A program made the translations under genes and the position numbers. From NCBI GenBank assembly GCA_002269645.1, contig NIVC01001475.1:1-64000 (forward strand): a stretch of 64,000 bases of DNA, written 5' to 3'. The notes under the pieces are model-generated. The model had not been told where the DNA came from. It saw nothing but the letters and a program-made list of their open reading frames with translations, and ran no database searches. Numbering within the stretch: the first letter of the stretch is position 1; every line of letters begins with the position of its first letter. Below, one piece after another: positions 50,501 through 63,914 of this stretch. This DNA comes from Macrostomum lignano (taxonomy: Eukaryota).

Positions 50501-53500
50501 GGTAGAACATCTGGATGTGTAACGAGAGGCTCTCGGAGATTCCTGGCTCAGATTATCGCCTAGAAGTGCTTTGGAGTAGCTGGTCCACCTAACCTACAGA
50601 CACAACTCGAACAGATTTCTCTGTCTGTTTAGGGCTCTGGCTCTTAGGTGGTCCACATAACCTACAGACACAACTGAAGCAGCTCTCTCAGTCTGTTTGA
50701 GGCTTTGGCTCTCAGTAGCTGGTCCACCTAACCTACAGACACAACTCGAACAGATTTCTCTGTCTGTTTAAGGCTCTGGCTCTCAGAGCCGCCGAGAAAG
50801 TTTAGTGCAGAAAATGCTTCAGTTTGTTAGAATGCAATCAGAACATATTCCTAGAAAGTGAGCTAGTCCAGCATCAAGGCAGAACATCTGGATGTGTAAC
50901 GAGAGGCTCTCGGAGATTCCTGGCTCAGATTATCGCCTAGAAGTGCTGTGGAGTAGCTGGTCCACCTAACCTACAGACACAACTCGAACAGATTTCTCTG
51001 TCTGTTTAGGGCTCTGGCTCTTAGGTGGTCCACATAACCTACAGACACAACTGAAGCAGCTCTCTCAGTCTGTTTGAGGCTTTGGCTCTCAGTAGCTGGT
51101 CCACCTAACCTACAGACACAACTCGAACAGATTTCTCTGTCTGTTTGAGGCTCTGGCTCTCAGAGCCGCCGAGAAAGTTTAGTGCCGAGAATGCTTCAGT
51201 TTGTTAGAATGCAATCAGAACATATTCCTAGAAAGTGAGCTAGTCCAGCATCAAGGTAGAACATCTGGATGTGTAACGAGAGGCTCTCGGAGATTCCTGG
51301 CTCAGATTATCGCCTAGAAGTGCTTTGGAGTAGCTGGTCCACCTAACCTACAGACACAACTCGAACAGATTTCTCTGTCTGTTTGAGGCTCTGGATCTCA
51401 GAGCCGCCGAGAAAGTTTAGTGCAGAAAATGCTTCAGTTTGTTAGAATGCAATCAGAACAGATTCCTAGAAAGTGAGCTAGTCCAGCATCAAGGCAGAAC
51501 ATCTGGATGTGTAACGAGAGGCTCTCGGAGATTCCTGGCTCAGATTATCGCCTAGAAGTGCTGTAGAATAGCTGGTCCACCTAACCTACAGACACAACTC
51601 GAACAGATTTCTCTGTCTGTTTGAGGCTCTGGCTCTCAGAGCCGCCGAGAAAGTTTAGTGCCGAGAATGCTTCAGTTTGTTAGAATGCAATCAGAACAGA
51701 TTCCTAGAAAGTGAGCTAGTCCAGCATCAAGGCAGAACATCTGGATGTGTAACGAAAGTCTCTCGGAGACTCCTGGCTCAGATTATCGCCTAGAAGTGCT
51801 GTGGAGTAGCTGGTCCACCTAACCTACAGACACAACTCGAACAGATTTCTCTGTCTGTTTAGGGCTCTGGCTCTTAGGTGGTCCACATAACCTACAGACA
51901 CAACTGAATCAGCTCTCTCAGTCTGTTTGAGGCTTTGGCTCTCAGTAGCTGGTCCACCTGAACCTACAGACACAACTCGAACAGATTTCTCTGTCTGTTT
52001 AAGGCTCTGGCTCTCAGAGCCGCCGAGAAAGTTTAGTGCAGAAAATGCTTCAGTTTGTTAGAATGCAATCAGAACATATTCCTAGAAAGTGAGCTAGTCC
52101 AGCATCAAGGCAGAACATCTGGATGTGTAACGAAAGTCTCTCGGAGACTCCTGGCTCAGATTATCGCCTAGAAGTGCTGTAGAATAGCTGGTCCACCTAA
52201 CCTACAGACACAACTCGAACAGATTTCTCTGTCTGTTTGAGGCTCTGGCTCTCAGAGCCGCCGAGAAAGTTTAGTGCCGAGAATGCTTCAGTTTGTTAGA
52301 ATGCAATCAGAACAGATTCCTAGAAAGTGAGCTAGTCCAGCATCAAGGCAGAACATCTGGATGTGTAACGAAAGTCTCTCGGAGACTCCTGGCTCAGATT
52401 ATCGCCTAGAAGTGCTGTGGAGTAGCTGGTCCACCTAACCTACAGACACAACTCGAACAGATTTCTCTGTCTGTTTGAGGCTCTGGCTCTCAGAGCCGCC
52501 GAGAAAGTTTAGTGCCGAGAATGCTTCAGTTTGTTAGAATGCAATCAGAACATATTCCTAGAAAGTGAGCTAGTCCAGCATCGAGGTAGAACATCTGGAT
52601 GTGTAACGAGAGGCTCTCGGAGATTCCTGGCTCAGATTATCGCCTAGAAGTGCTTTGGAGTAGCTGGTCCACCTAACCTACAGACACAACTCGAACAGAT
52701 TTCTCTGTCTGTTTAGGGCTCTGGCTCTTAGGTGGTCCACATAACCTACAGACACAACTGAAGCAGCTCTCTCAGTCTGTTTGAGGCTTTGGCTCTCAGT
52801 AGCTGGTCCACCTAACCTACAGACACAACTCGAACAGATTTCTCTGTCTGTTTAAGGCTCTGGCTCTCAGAGCCGCCGAGAAAGTTTAGTGCAGAAAATG
52901 CTTCAGTTTGTTAGAATGCAATCAGAACATATTCCTAGAAAGTGAGCTAGTCCAGCATCAAGGCAGAACATCTGGATGTGTAACGAGAGGCTCTCGGAGA
53001 TTCCTGGCTCAGATTATCGCCTAGAAGTGCTGTGGAGTAGCTGGTCCACCTAACCTACAGACACAACTCGAACAGATTTCTCTGTCTGTTTAGGGCTCTG
53101 GCTCTTAGGTGGTCCACATAACCTACAGACACAACTGAAGCAGCTCTCTCAGTCTGTTTGAGGCTTTGGCTCTCAGTAGCTGGTCCACCTAACCTACAGA
53201 CACAACTCGAACAGATTTCTCTGTCTGTTTGAGGCTCTGGCTCTCAGAGCCGCCGAGAAAGTTTAGTGCCGAGAATGCTTCAGTTTGTTAGAATGCAATC
53301 AGAACATATTCCTAGAAAGTGAGCTAGTCCAGCATCAAGGTAGAACATCTGGATGTGTAACGAGAGGCTCTCGGAGATTCCTGGCTCAGATTATCGCCTA
53401 GAAGTGCTGTGGAGTAGCTGGTCCACCTAACCTACAGACACAACTCGAACAGATTTCTCTGTCTGTTTGAGGCTCTGGATCTCAGAGCCGCCGAGAAAGT

Positions 53501-56500
53501 TTAGTGCAGAAAATGCTTCAGTTTGTTAGAATGCAATCAGAACAGATTCCTAGAAAGTGAGCTAGTCCAGCATCAAGGCAGAACATCTGGATGTGTAACG
53601 AAAGTCTCTCGGAGACTCCTGGCTCAGATTATCGCCTAGAAGTGCTGTGGAGTAGCTGGTCCACCTAACCTACAGACACAACTCGAACAGATTTCTCTGT
53701 CTGTTTGAGGCTCTGGCTCTCAGAGCCGCCGAGAAAGTTTAGTGCCGAGAATGCTTCAGTTTGTTAGAATGCAATCAGAACATATTCCTAGAAAGTGAGC
53801 TAGTCCAGCATCGAGGTAGAACATCTGGATGTGTAACGAGAGGCTCTCGGAGATTCCTGGCTCAGATTATCGCCTAGAAGTGCTTTGGAGTAGCTGGTCC
53901 ACCTAACCTACAGACACAACTCGAACAGATTTCTCTGTCTGTTTAGGGCTCTGGCTCTTAGGTGGTCCACATAACCTACAGACACAACTGAAGCAGCTCT
54001 CTCAGTCTGTTTGAGGCTTTGGCTCTCAGTAGCTGGTCCACCTGAACCTACAGACACAACTCGAACAGATTTCTCTGTCTGTTTGAGGCTCTGGCTCTCA
54101 GAGCCGCCGAGAAAGTTTAGTGCAGAAAATGCTTCAGTTTGTTAGAATGCAATCAGAACATATTCCTAGAAAGTGAGCTAGTCCAGCATCAAGGCAGAAC
54201 ATCTGGATGTGTAACGAGAGGCTCTCGGAGATTCCTGGCTCAGATTATCGCCTAGAAGTGCTGTGGAGTAGCTGGTCCACCTAACCTACAGACACAACTC
54301 GAACAGATTTCTCTGTCTGTTTAGGGCTCTGGCTCTTAGGTGGTCCACATAACCTACAGACACAACTGAAGCAGCTCTCTCAGTCTGTTTGAGGCTTTGG
54401 CTCTCAGTAGCTGGTCCACCTAACCTACAGACACAACTCGAACAGATTTCTCTGTCTGTTTGAGGCTCTGGCTCTCAGAGCCGCCGAGAAAGTTTAGTGC
54501 CGAGAATGCTTCAGTTTGTTAGAATGCAATCAGAACATATTCCTAGAAAGTGAGCTAGTCCAGCATCAAGGTAGAACATCTGGATGTGTAACGAGAGGCT
54601 CTCGGAGATTCCTGGCTCAGATTATCGCCTAGAAGTGCTTTGGAGTAGCTGGTCCACCTAACCTACAGACACAACTCGAACAGATTTCTCTGTCTGTTTG
54701 AGGCTCTGGATCTCAGAGCCGCCGAGAAAGTTTAGTGCAGAAAATGCTTCAGTTTGTTAGAATGCAATCAGAACAGATTCCTAGAAAGTGAGCTAGTCCA
54801 GCATCAAGGCAGAACATCTGGATGTGTAACGAGAGGCTCTCGGAGATTCCTGGCTCAGATTATCGCCTAGAAGTGCTGTAGAATAGCTGGTCCACCTAAC
54901 CTACAGACACAACTCGAACAGATTTCTCTGTCTGTTTGAGGCTCTGGCTCTCAGAGCCGCCGAGAAAGTTTAGTGCCGAGAATGCTTCAGTTTGTTAGAA
55001 TGCAATCAGAACAGATTCCTAGAAAGTGAGCTAGTCCAGCATCAAGGCAGAACATCTGGATGTGTAACGAAAGTCTCTCGGAGACTCCTGGCTCAGATTA
55101 TCGCCTAGAAGTGCTGTGGAGTAGCTGGTCCACCTAACCTACAGACACAACTCGAACAGATTTCTCTGTCTGTTTGAGGCTCTGGCTCTTAGGTGGTCCA
55201 CCTAACCTACAGACACAACTCGAACAGATTTCTCTGTCTGTTTGAGGCTCTGGCTCTTAGGTGGTCCACATAACCTACAGACACAACTGAAGCAGCTCTC
55301 TCAGTCTGTTTGAGGCTTAGGCTCTCAGAAGGTGGTTCACCTCACCTACAGACACAACTCGAACAGATTTCTCTGTCTGTTTGAGGCTCTGGATCTGAGG
55401 TGGTCCACATAACCTACAGACACAACTGGAACAGATTTCTGTGTCTGTTTGATTGTCAGTTATTTTTATTTTCTACCTTTGTAGGAGCCTGTGGTTGATT
55501 TTGTTCGCCTGAGCTCGACGAGACTGACTGCGTTTCACCGAGATGAAGGTTAAAACGAACTGTAAAAGAAGATTTAAACCACTAATTGACGAGAAATATA
55601 GAAAGGTTCATCATAGAGCTGAGCTGACGAAAGTGGATTCGATGGCTGAGTAAGCTGAAATTCGTGAGAGAGGCAATGACAGATCAATAACAGAAGCGGT
55701 CCCGGACCACGGAGGCAGGGAAGGTCCAGGAGAATATTTCGTAGAAAAAATAAGAAGATAAGGCCATCATCTGCGTGAACGAAAAGATGAAAGTCGGTAA
55801 AATGATTGGCTTATCATATGATTGCTCACCAACTCATTCAGTATAATAGGACTGATGTAGTCAAAACAATTTAATTTCAGTTTTAGTAACTTTTGTCGTT
55901 ATTAAAAATGCCCTTCAACTTCTTGTAGGCTCGTACTCGGATGACCTTTTTAACTAATGGAATCTTACGTTTGTTAACATGTATTTGAAGCATACATTTT
56001 GACCTAAATTAGTTTTAATGAGTTTACAGTTAGTATTTGATATGATTCTGTATTTATTTTCAAAATGCTTTATTTTCATTCACCTTCTTGTATTCACGCG
56101 ACGCAACTAACTAATGCGATCGTACATTTGTTTAACCCGATTAACCCGATTAGTAATGCTAAATAAATTGGTTTGAACTTGGGATATTTTCATTAAATGA
56201 CGTCGTAACCCTTTTATCTGTTCTTTTTGAGAATTTCTGTTTTAATTAGTTCAAAAGAACAGTTTAAAGCAATAAATTTTCTACAACGAAAGAGGTCTAA
56301 CTAAACCAACTGTTTTTTTGCGGTCCACCTAACCCGGTCCCCAAAACGTAGTTAGTGAACCACCACAGTTTCCCCGAACTGGCTATTCCGTCAAGTTAAC
56401 AAAAAGATAACCCTAGCTAGCCTTTCGCGTTGTCAAAACAGACTCTATTTTTTAACCGGAATTGCGTGGTCCACGTAACGCATTAACATAACTCAGGTCC

Positions 56501-56519
56501 CGCTAAACACACAGACAGT
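41520..56519. mobile_element. Putative 15.0-kb non-autonomous TIR element containing a satellite array; family unassigned
   Basis: actgtctgtgtgtttacgtggac (41520-41542) versus reverse complement of 56497-56519 (actgtctgtgtgtttagcgggac): 20/23, outer 16 perfect. GGTCCAC(G/C)TAA(A/C)C motif recurs near both ends. No intact transposase and no TSD seen. Confidence 0.6.
43262..55450. repeat. Complex satellite: about 39 monomers of 238 bp interleaved with about 18 blocks of 139 bp, with higher-order repeats
   Basis: agctggtccacctaacc recurs at 43571, 43809, 44047, 44285 (238 spacing) then 44424 (139); rare variant ctatat at 46581 and 50035 (3,454 apart). Confidence 0.97.
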
Positions 56520-56526
56520 CGTAAGA

Positions 56527-57789
<1,263 letters not shown>

Positions 57790-57923
57790 AAGAAGAAGAA
57801 GGTGCTACGAGCGTATTAATCTTATCGCCTGTGCGGCAGTTTCTGTCCATCAGCGAGCCTTTCATGCAGCTGAGTGCAAAACCAAGCCCAATTAAGTCTT
57901 GCCAATTCCAAAATCCACCGCAG

Positions 57924-58223
57924 GCCGGTCAGCAATGCCAGCATTTTCCACGCCTACTTCCGGCCGGGTAATTACACTGTGCTGTTGGCTTTCGGCGCTT
58001 CTATTGCTTCCAGCAATTCGACTCCTTCCGGTGGGTCTGCAGCGGAGCGCCGGCTCGCAGTGAGGGTGTTGCCGGTTTCTACGGTGCGAAATCTGACTCT
58101 GTCCTGTCTGAGCTGTCAGACAGCTGCGTCTCCTGTTGCTGCCGCTGTGCAATCTGAGTTCGTGCACCTGCTGGGTTCCAATTCACCTGCTAATGGCGTT
58201 AATGAGGCCACGTTTCGACTCAG
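57924..58223 (+). CDS. Exon 13: completes PKD domain (HAYFRPGNYTVLL)
   Basis: Acceptor tccaccgcag| phase 2; joins exon 12 to read [35 protein letters not shown]; donor AG|GTAATG. Confidence 0.85.
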
Positions 58224-58264
58224 GTAATGAGAGATATAGAGAAGCATGTCGGGGTAGAGGTGAA

Positions 58265-59532
58265 TAGTGAGAGAGTTAGCTAATGAGAGAGGTAGACAGT
58301 GAGAGATAGGCAGTGAGAGAGGTAGACAGTGAGAGAGGTAGACAGTGAGAGAGAGGTAGACAGTGAGAGAGAGGTAGACACTGAGAGAGGTAGACAGTGA
58401 GAGAAATAGACAGTGAGAGAGGTAGACACTGAGAGAGATAGACAGTGAGAGAGGTAGATAGTGAGAGAGGTAGACAGTGAGAGAGGTAGATAGTGAGAGA
58501 GGTAGACAGTGAGAGAGGTAGACAGTGAGAGAGGTAGACAGTGAGAGAGGTAGATAGTGAGAGAGGTAGACAGTGAGAGAGGTAGACAGTGAGAGAGGTA
58601 GATAGTGAGAGAGGTAGACAGTGAGAGAGGTAGACAGTGAGAGAGGTAGATAGTGAGAGAGGTAGACAGTGAGAGAGGTAGATAGTGAGAGAGTTAGACA
58701 GTGAGAGAGAGGTAGACAGTGAGAGAGGTAGACAGTGAGAGAGGTAGATGGTGAGAGAGGTAGATAGTGAGAGAGGTAGACAGTGAGAGAGAGGTAGATA
58801 GTGAGAGAGGTAGACAGTGAGAGAGGTAGACAGTGAGAGAGAGGTAGACAGTGAGAGAGGTAGACAGTGAGAGAGAGGTAGACAGTGAGAGAGGTAGACA
58901 GTGAGAGAGGTAGACAGTGAGAGAGGTAGACAGTGAGAGAGGTAGACAGTGAGAGAGGTAGACAGTGAGAGAGGTAGACAGTGAGAGAGGTAGACACTGA
59001 GAGAGGTAGACAGTGAGAGAGGTAGACAGTGAGAGAGAGGTAGACAGTGAGAGAGGTAGATAGTGAGAGAGGTAGACAGTGAGAGAGGTAGATAGTGAGA
59101 GAGGTAGACAGTGAGAGAGGTAGATAGTGAGAGAGGTAGACAGTGAGAGAGGTAGACAGTGACAGAGGTAGACAGTGAGATAGGTAGACAGTGGGAGAGG
59201 TAGACAGTGGGAGAGGTAGACAGTGAGAGAGGTAGACAGTGAGAGAGGTAGACAGTGAGATAGGTAGACAGTGGGAGAGGTAGACAGTGAGAGAGGTAGA
59301 CAGTGAGATAGGTAGACAGTGGGAGAGGTAGACAGTGAGAGAGGTAGACAGTGAGAGAGGTAGACAGTGAGAGAGGTAGATAGTGAGAGAGGTAGACAGT
59401 GAGAGAGGTAGATAGTGGGAGAGGTAGACAGTGAGAGAGGTAGACAGTGAGAGAGGTAGACAGTGAGAGAGGTAGACAGTGAGAGAGGTAGATAGTGAGA
59501 GAGGTAGACAGTGAGAGAGGTAGACTGTGAGT
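58265..59532. repeat. 16-bp tandem array, intron 13
   Basis: gagaggtagacagtga. Confidence 0.96.
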
Positions 59533-59607
59533 GGTAAACAATAAAAGAGAAAAGCACTGAGATAGACAAGCAGACTGAAAACGGTTAATGGGACAAACAA
59601 GAAGCCA

Positions 59608-59712
59608 AACAGACAGACAGACGGACGGACAGACAGACAGACAGATACAGACAGACACACAGACAGACAGACAGACATACAGACAGACAGACAGAGAGAC
59701 AGAGACAGACAG
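59608..59712. repeat. (CAGA)n microsatellite, intron 13
   Basis: Direct reading. Confidence 0.92.
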
Positions 59713-59800
59713 ATTATTTATTTCCTTGCTCAAAGAAGCTATTAAAGTTTCCAAACAGGTAAAACCAGGTCGTAAAGCAACCCCATCCCGTCTGCTTCAG

Positions 59801-59958
59801 AACTGACGCCAAATTTCCGCTCATCGCTCTGGTGAACTTCGGCGATGGCCACTCAACCGACTTGACGCTTCCTGGGCCTGAAGCACCCATGGCGGCTGGG
59901 TCGGCCCCAGATGGCCGGTTTATGACTTCGTTGGAATTCGGCCACGCGTATACAGAGC
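59801..59958 (+). CDS. Exon 14: PKD domain core (VNFGDG...HAYTE)
   Basis: Acceptor tctgcttcag|; (R)TDAKFPLIALVNFGDGHST...EFGHAYTE; donor C|GTGAGT; not in ORF track. Confidence 0.92.
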
Positions 59959-60037
59959 GTGAGTTGAAGCGAATAGTACTGAAGTAGTTGACGGCGTGAC
60001 TTTTCTTTCACTGTGAAAAATCTTTTTAGTGGTTATT

Positions 60038-60040
60038 GGT

Positions 60041-60074
<34 letters not shown>

Positions 60075-60112
60075 CTGTCTGTCCGTCCGTCTGTCTGTCT
60101 GTCTGTCCGTCC

Positions 60113-60146
<34 letters not shown>

Positions 60147-60147
60147 G

Positions 60148-60188
<41 letters not shown>

Positions 60189-60207
60189 TAGTGTCCGTCT
60201 GTCTTAG

Positions 60208-60262
<55 letters not shown>

Positions 60263-60276
60263 CTGTCTGTCCGTCC

Positions 60277-60322
<46 letters not shown>

Positions 60323-60323
60323 G

Positions 60324-60354
<31 letters not shown>

Positions 60355-60355
60355 T
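60038..60355. repeat. (TCTG)n microsatellite, intron 14
   Basis: Direct reading. Confidence 0.95.
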
Positions 60356-61102
60356 TTTCTCTCCTAGTGCAGTTCTGTCTCATATTCCTTCATCAGTTGC
60401 GAATAAAGAATGCTGAGCACAGTAATTTGCAATAAAGTAATTACTTAGATTAGTTTCTAATTTTATTACTTTCTTTTTAACTGTCCTTGCAGTTGATTTC
60501 TTTTTCAAAGACGAACAAAGAAACTGTTTTTCAATAGGCGCATACGAGGCGCAGAAAAATTACATACTTAAGCTCGGCGCGGTGTTACCACTTTCCGAAC
60601 TTACAGATTTCTAAGCGTGATATATTCAGACTGAAGCTAAGGCTGTTTCCCACGCTGCTTATATACGCTCGTACATGTAATCTACTTACTCTATTCTATA
60701 TACTATATTAATTTTTGATTGGCAAGACAGGGACTCTGAAGTGAGAATGTGCTGCTATTACATTAAATTCCAATTGCAATTGTAATACTAGGGTTGCTTA
60801 GATACCATGACCCTCGATTTGAAAATGAGAAAGTGAAGAAGACGTGAGTCATGACTCACCCACGCCTCACACCCGATTCTCGCTTTCAATTCATTTCTTT
60901 CTCGTTCTTTCTCACCCCCCTCTCGCTCCGTTTTAGCGGTATTTGAAGCCCCGCATTTATTTGTTCACCAAGGACTTTTTTAAACTAGAATTTATAGCTC
61001 GCGTTGCGGCCCCTGTTTCGTCACTCCTATAGGCGGAGACCAAAAAAAATCAAAGTGGGACCAAGCGAATTTCCCCCAAATACAGAACCACCCCCTCCGC
61101 CC

Positions 61103-61625
61103 CCTCTGGTCTTTACCCTCCAGAATCTGCCCCCCTTGGGTCTTTACCCTCCAGAATCTGCCCCCCTTGGGTCTTTACCCTCCAGAATCCGTCTCCTTGG
61201 GTCTTTACCCTCCAGAATCTGCCCCCTTGGGTCTTTACCCTCCAAAATCCGTCTCCCCTTGGGTCTTTACCCTCCAGAATCTGCCCCCTTGGGTCTTTAC
61301 CCTCCAGAATCTGCCCCCCTTGGGTCTTTACCCTCCAGAATCTGCCCCCCTTGGGTCTTTACCCTCCAGAATCTGCCCCCCTTGGGTCTTTACCCTCCAG
61401 AATCTGCCCCCCTTGGGTCTTTACTCTTCAGAATCTGCCCCCCTTGGGTCTTTACCCTCCAGAATTTGCCCCCCTTGGGTCTTTACCCTCAAGAATCTGC
61501 CCCCCCGTGGGTCTTTACCCTCCAAAATCCGTCTCCTTGGGTCTTTACCCTCCAAAATCCGTCTCCTTGGGTCTTTACCCTCCAGAATCTGCCCCCCTTG
61601 GGTCTTTACTCTTCAGAATCCGCCC
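61103..61625. repeat. About 31-bp tandem array, intron 14
   Basis: ttgggtctttaccctccagaatctgcccccc. Confidence 0.94.
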
Positions 61626-62516
61626 CTTCCCCCTCAACAAATTTCTAGTTGCGCTATTCATTTTTGGGCAGAAAATACATGTAAGTAGGATATGAAATTA
61701 CCATAGAAGCTTAATTTTATAAACAAAAAGCTCCATGAATATCAATAGAGCTATTAGAAAGGCAATACACGTCCAAAGATGAGCATTGAGTCTGCCTCCT
61801 ATCAAAAGCAATAACAATTTCTGTGCTGAAAGAATGAAAAACTCTTATCTCTGTAATGTTTCTTTTCAGTAAAACCTGTCTCCTAAAATTTTCTAAGAAA
61901 GCGTTTTTATGAGGCTTTTAAATAAATTGGATTTTCCAATCATTTCTAGCGAATAGATATTTATTTTATTTTGAATTTGTTTTAATTGAATGACTGAATT
62001 CTTCATTTCCGGCATTGCTCAATAATTAATAAAATGTCTCTCAGCTTTCTAAGAAAGTGGCTTTAGGTACCATCGAGGCGTGCTCCGATGTTGTCTGCTC
62101 ATGTGTCTCTATGATTACCTTTTCTCTATATAAGCATTTCTCTTTCGTGCGCCATTGGAAACTTGAATTAAGAGCCGAGCGTATTTGCTTGATGTCTATT
62201 TTAATCAAATATATTGCAAGCCTGTCGCTTTTGCCGATGCTATGCAGTTGCTTGTTCTAGTTATTGTCAGTGTGTGCCTGTGTGGTCTCGGCTATTGTTC
62301 TGCTTCAAGTGTTCTCTCTTTCTCTTTCTTTCTCTCTCTCTCACCCCTGCTCGTTGAGTCTGTCTGGCTGTGTTGTGTTGTGTGCTTGAAATTATATAAG
62401 CATTAATGCATATATGTATGTATATATATATATTTGTGAATTAGCACAAGCCGAGAGAGCCCCTCCTTTCACACATTTTTCGTGCAGTTTTTTTCTCTTT
62501 CATTCTCTTCTCACAG

Positions 62517-62801
62517 CCGGACTCTATTCGGTAACCGTCAGCATCTTGACAGCATCATCGGGTGCCAGCAATCGAACTGTGGTGTCCGCTGGCCTGACAC
62601 TGAAAACGATTAGCCCGTCTATCAAGCTCGCTAATAGAACCCTAATTAGTCATGATTATTATAGTTATGATTTTGCCACTTCTGCTAAAGCCAGTTTTTG
62701 GGCCTATCTGTCTGGTCAGCTGCCCGAACTCGAGAGAAACGGGCTTGGCTTCTATGTCCTGTGGGATTTCGGCGACGGGATCAGTTTGGAGCAAACTGGG
62801 T
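62517..62801 (+). CDS. Exon 15: PKD end (PGLYSVTV) and next PKD (VLWDFGDG)
   Basis: Acceptor ctcttctcacag|; canonical WDFGDG; donor T|GTAAGT. Confidence 0.93.
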
Positions 62802-62889
62802 GTAAGTATGCAGTGATGCCTCACATGTGTCATTTATTTGTGCGTTTCATGATCCGCTGCGATCCCCCACCTCAGTGCATCCAGGGTCG

Positions 62890-63168
62890 GACTCACAACT
62901 TGAAGGTTGTGGGTTCGATTCCCGAACTCACTCGGAACAATTTGTGTCCTTGAGCAAGACACTTAACTCTGCATTGCTTCAGTTCACCCAGCTGTAAAAT
63001 GGGTGCCAGCATTAGCTGGGGTAATTGAGGGTGTGTGGCGACCCCTCAGTCCTTGGACTGAACAGCCGTACGCAGCCTTCAGATGCGCTTCGCAATAGCT
63101 GCGGCTGAGCTGTCGGTTGCACATCTGCCCATTAGAGCAGGTGTAATCAACTAATTATATTATTATTA
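62890..63168 (+). mobile_element. 5'-truncated tRNA-derived SINE with CORE-like central domain, intron 15
   Basis: B box GGTTCGATTCC 62912-62922; tgtgtccttgagcaagacacttaactctgcattgcttcagttcacccagctgtaaaatggg resembles the MIR/CORE consensus as recalled; (TAT)-rich tail; A box missing. Confidence 0.8.
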
Positions 63169-63401
63169 GGGCCAGATGCAACACTTCCCGATACATCCAG
63201 GGTCAGATGCGACCCGATGCATCCAGGGTCCGAGGCAACCCCCTCCCCATGCATCCAGGCCCCGATGCATCCAGGATCCAGGCCCTGATGCATCCAGGCC
63301 CCGATGCAATCAACATCGTCCATTCTGTTCAGCTATGCGCTATTTCTGAAATTTAATATTTTTGAAGTTATTTATATATTTTCCTATTTTTTTCTATTCA
63401 G

Positions 63402-63545
63402 ACGCAACTGTATTCAGCAGCAATCATGTATATAAGCAAGCCGGAGTTTACCGACTCACTGTTTCGCTTCTAAGTGTCGTCGCTTCTAAAAAGTCGGTGC
63501 TAACCTCTACCAGCGATTTGGTCAACGTTATTGATGCAATTGAAT
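63402..63545 (+). CDS. Exon 16: PKD end (HVYKQAGVYRLTV)
   Basis: Acceptor ttttctattcag|; donor T|GTAAGT; phase 1/1. Confidence 0.92.
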
Positions 63546-63634
63546 GTAAGTACACTAAACCCCTATATGTTTCATAGATTGAAAAAACGAGCTATTTATT
63601 AAAATGCATAAATAAATGATAAATTATCCTCTAG

Positions 63635-63839
63635 CTTGCAGCATTGTCAAGTCCTATTCGCACACGGCCGGGGATCTGGTCAGGCTCGAAGGATTTATTC
63701 AACCAGCCGGCGCCACCACCGCTGCTCACTGGTTGGTGTCCACTTATCACGTGAGCGGCGACCGGAGAACAGTGAGCACGGTGTGCCGACCAATTGGTAG
63801 CCTAGTGACTTGCGAGTATTCTGAGCGGCACAACTATGA
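63635..63839 (+). CDS. Exon 17 (3' boundary uncertain)
   Basis: Acceptor cctctag| phase 1; CSIVKSYSHTAGDLVRLEG...; best donor GA|GTGAGT at 63840, but GTGAGC donors at 63751 and 63772 are alternatives. Confidence 0.7.
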
Positions 63840-63914
63840 GTGAGTGAACTTCTGATTGTTGATCGTTGCGTTTCTTTGGCGTGACCTTTCACTCCATTTT
63901 TTCAGTCAATTATT

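Noticed and set aside
43262-55450. CRISPR-like interpretation (constant hairpin head plus intervening sequence)
   Set aside because: Intervening sequences are near-identical rather than unique spacers; eukaryotic intron; no cas genes
57870-57923. Earlier start for exon 13 (acceptor at 57869 or ORF start 57874)
   Set aside because: 57869 leads into TGA in the coding frame; 57924 matches phase and PKD spacing
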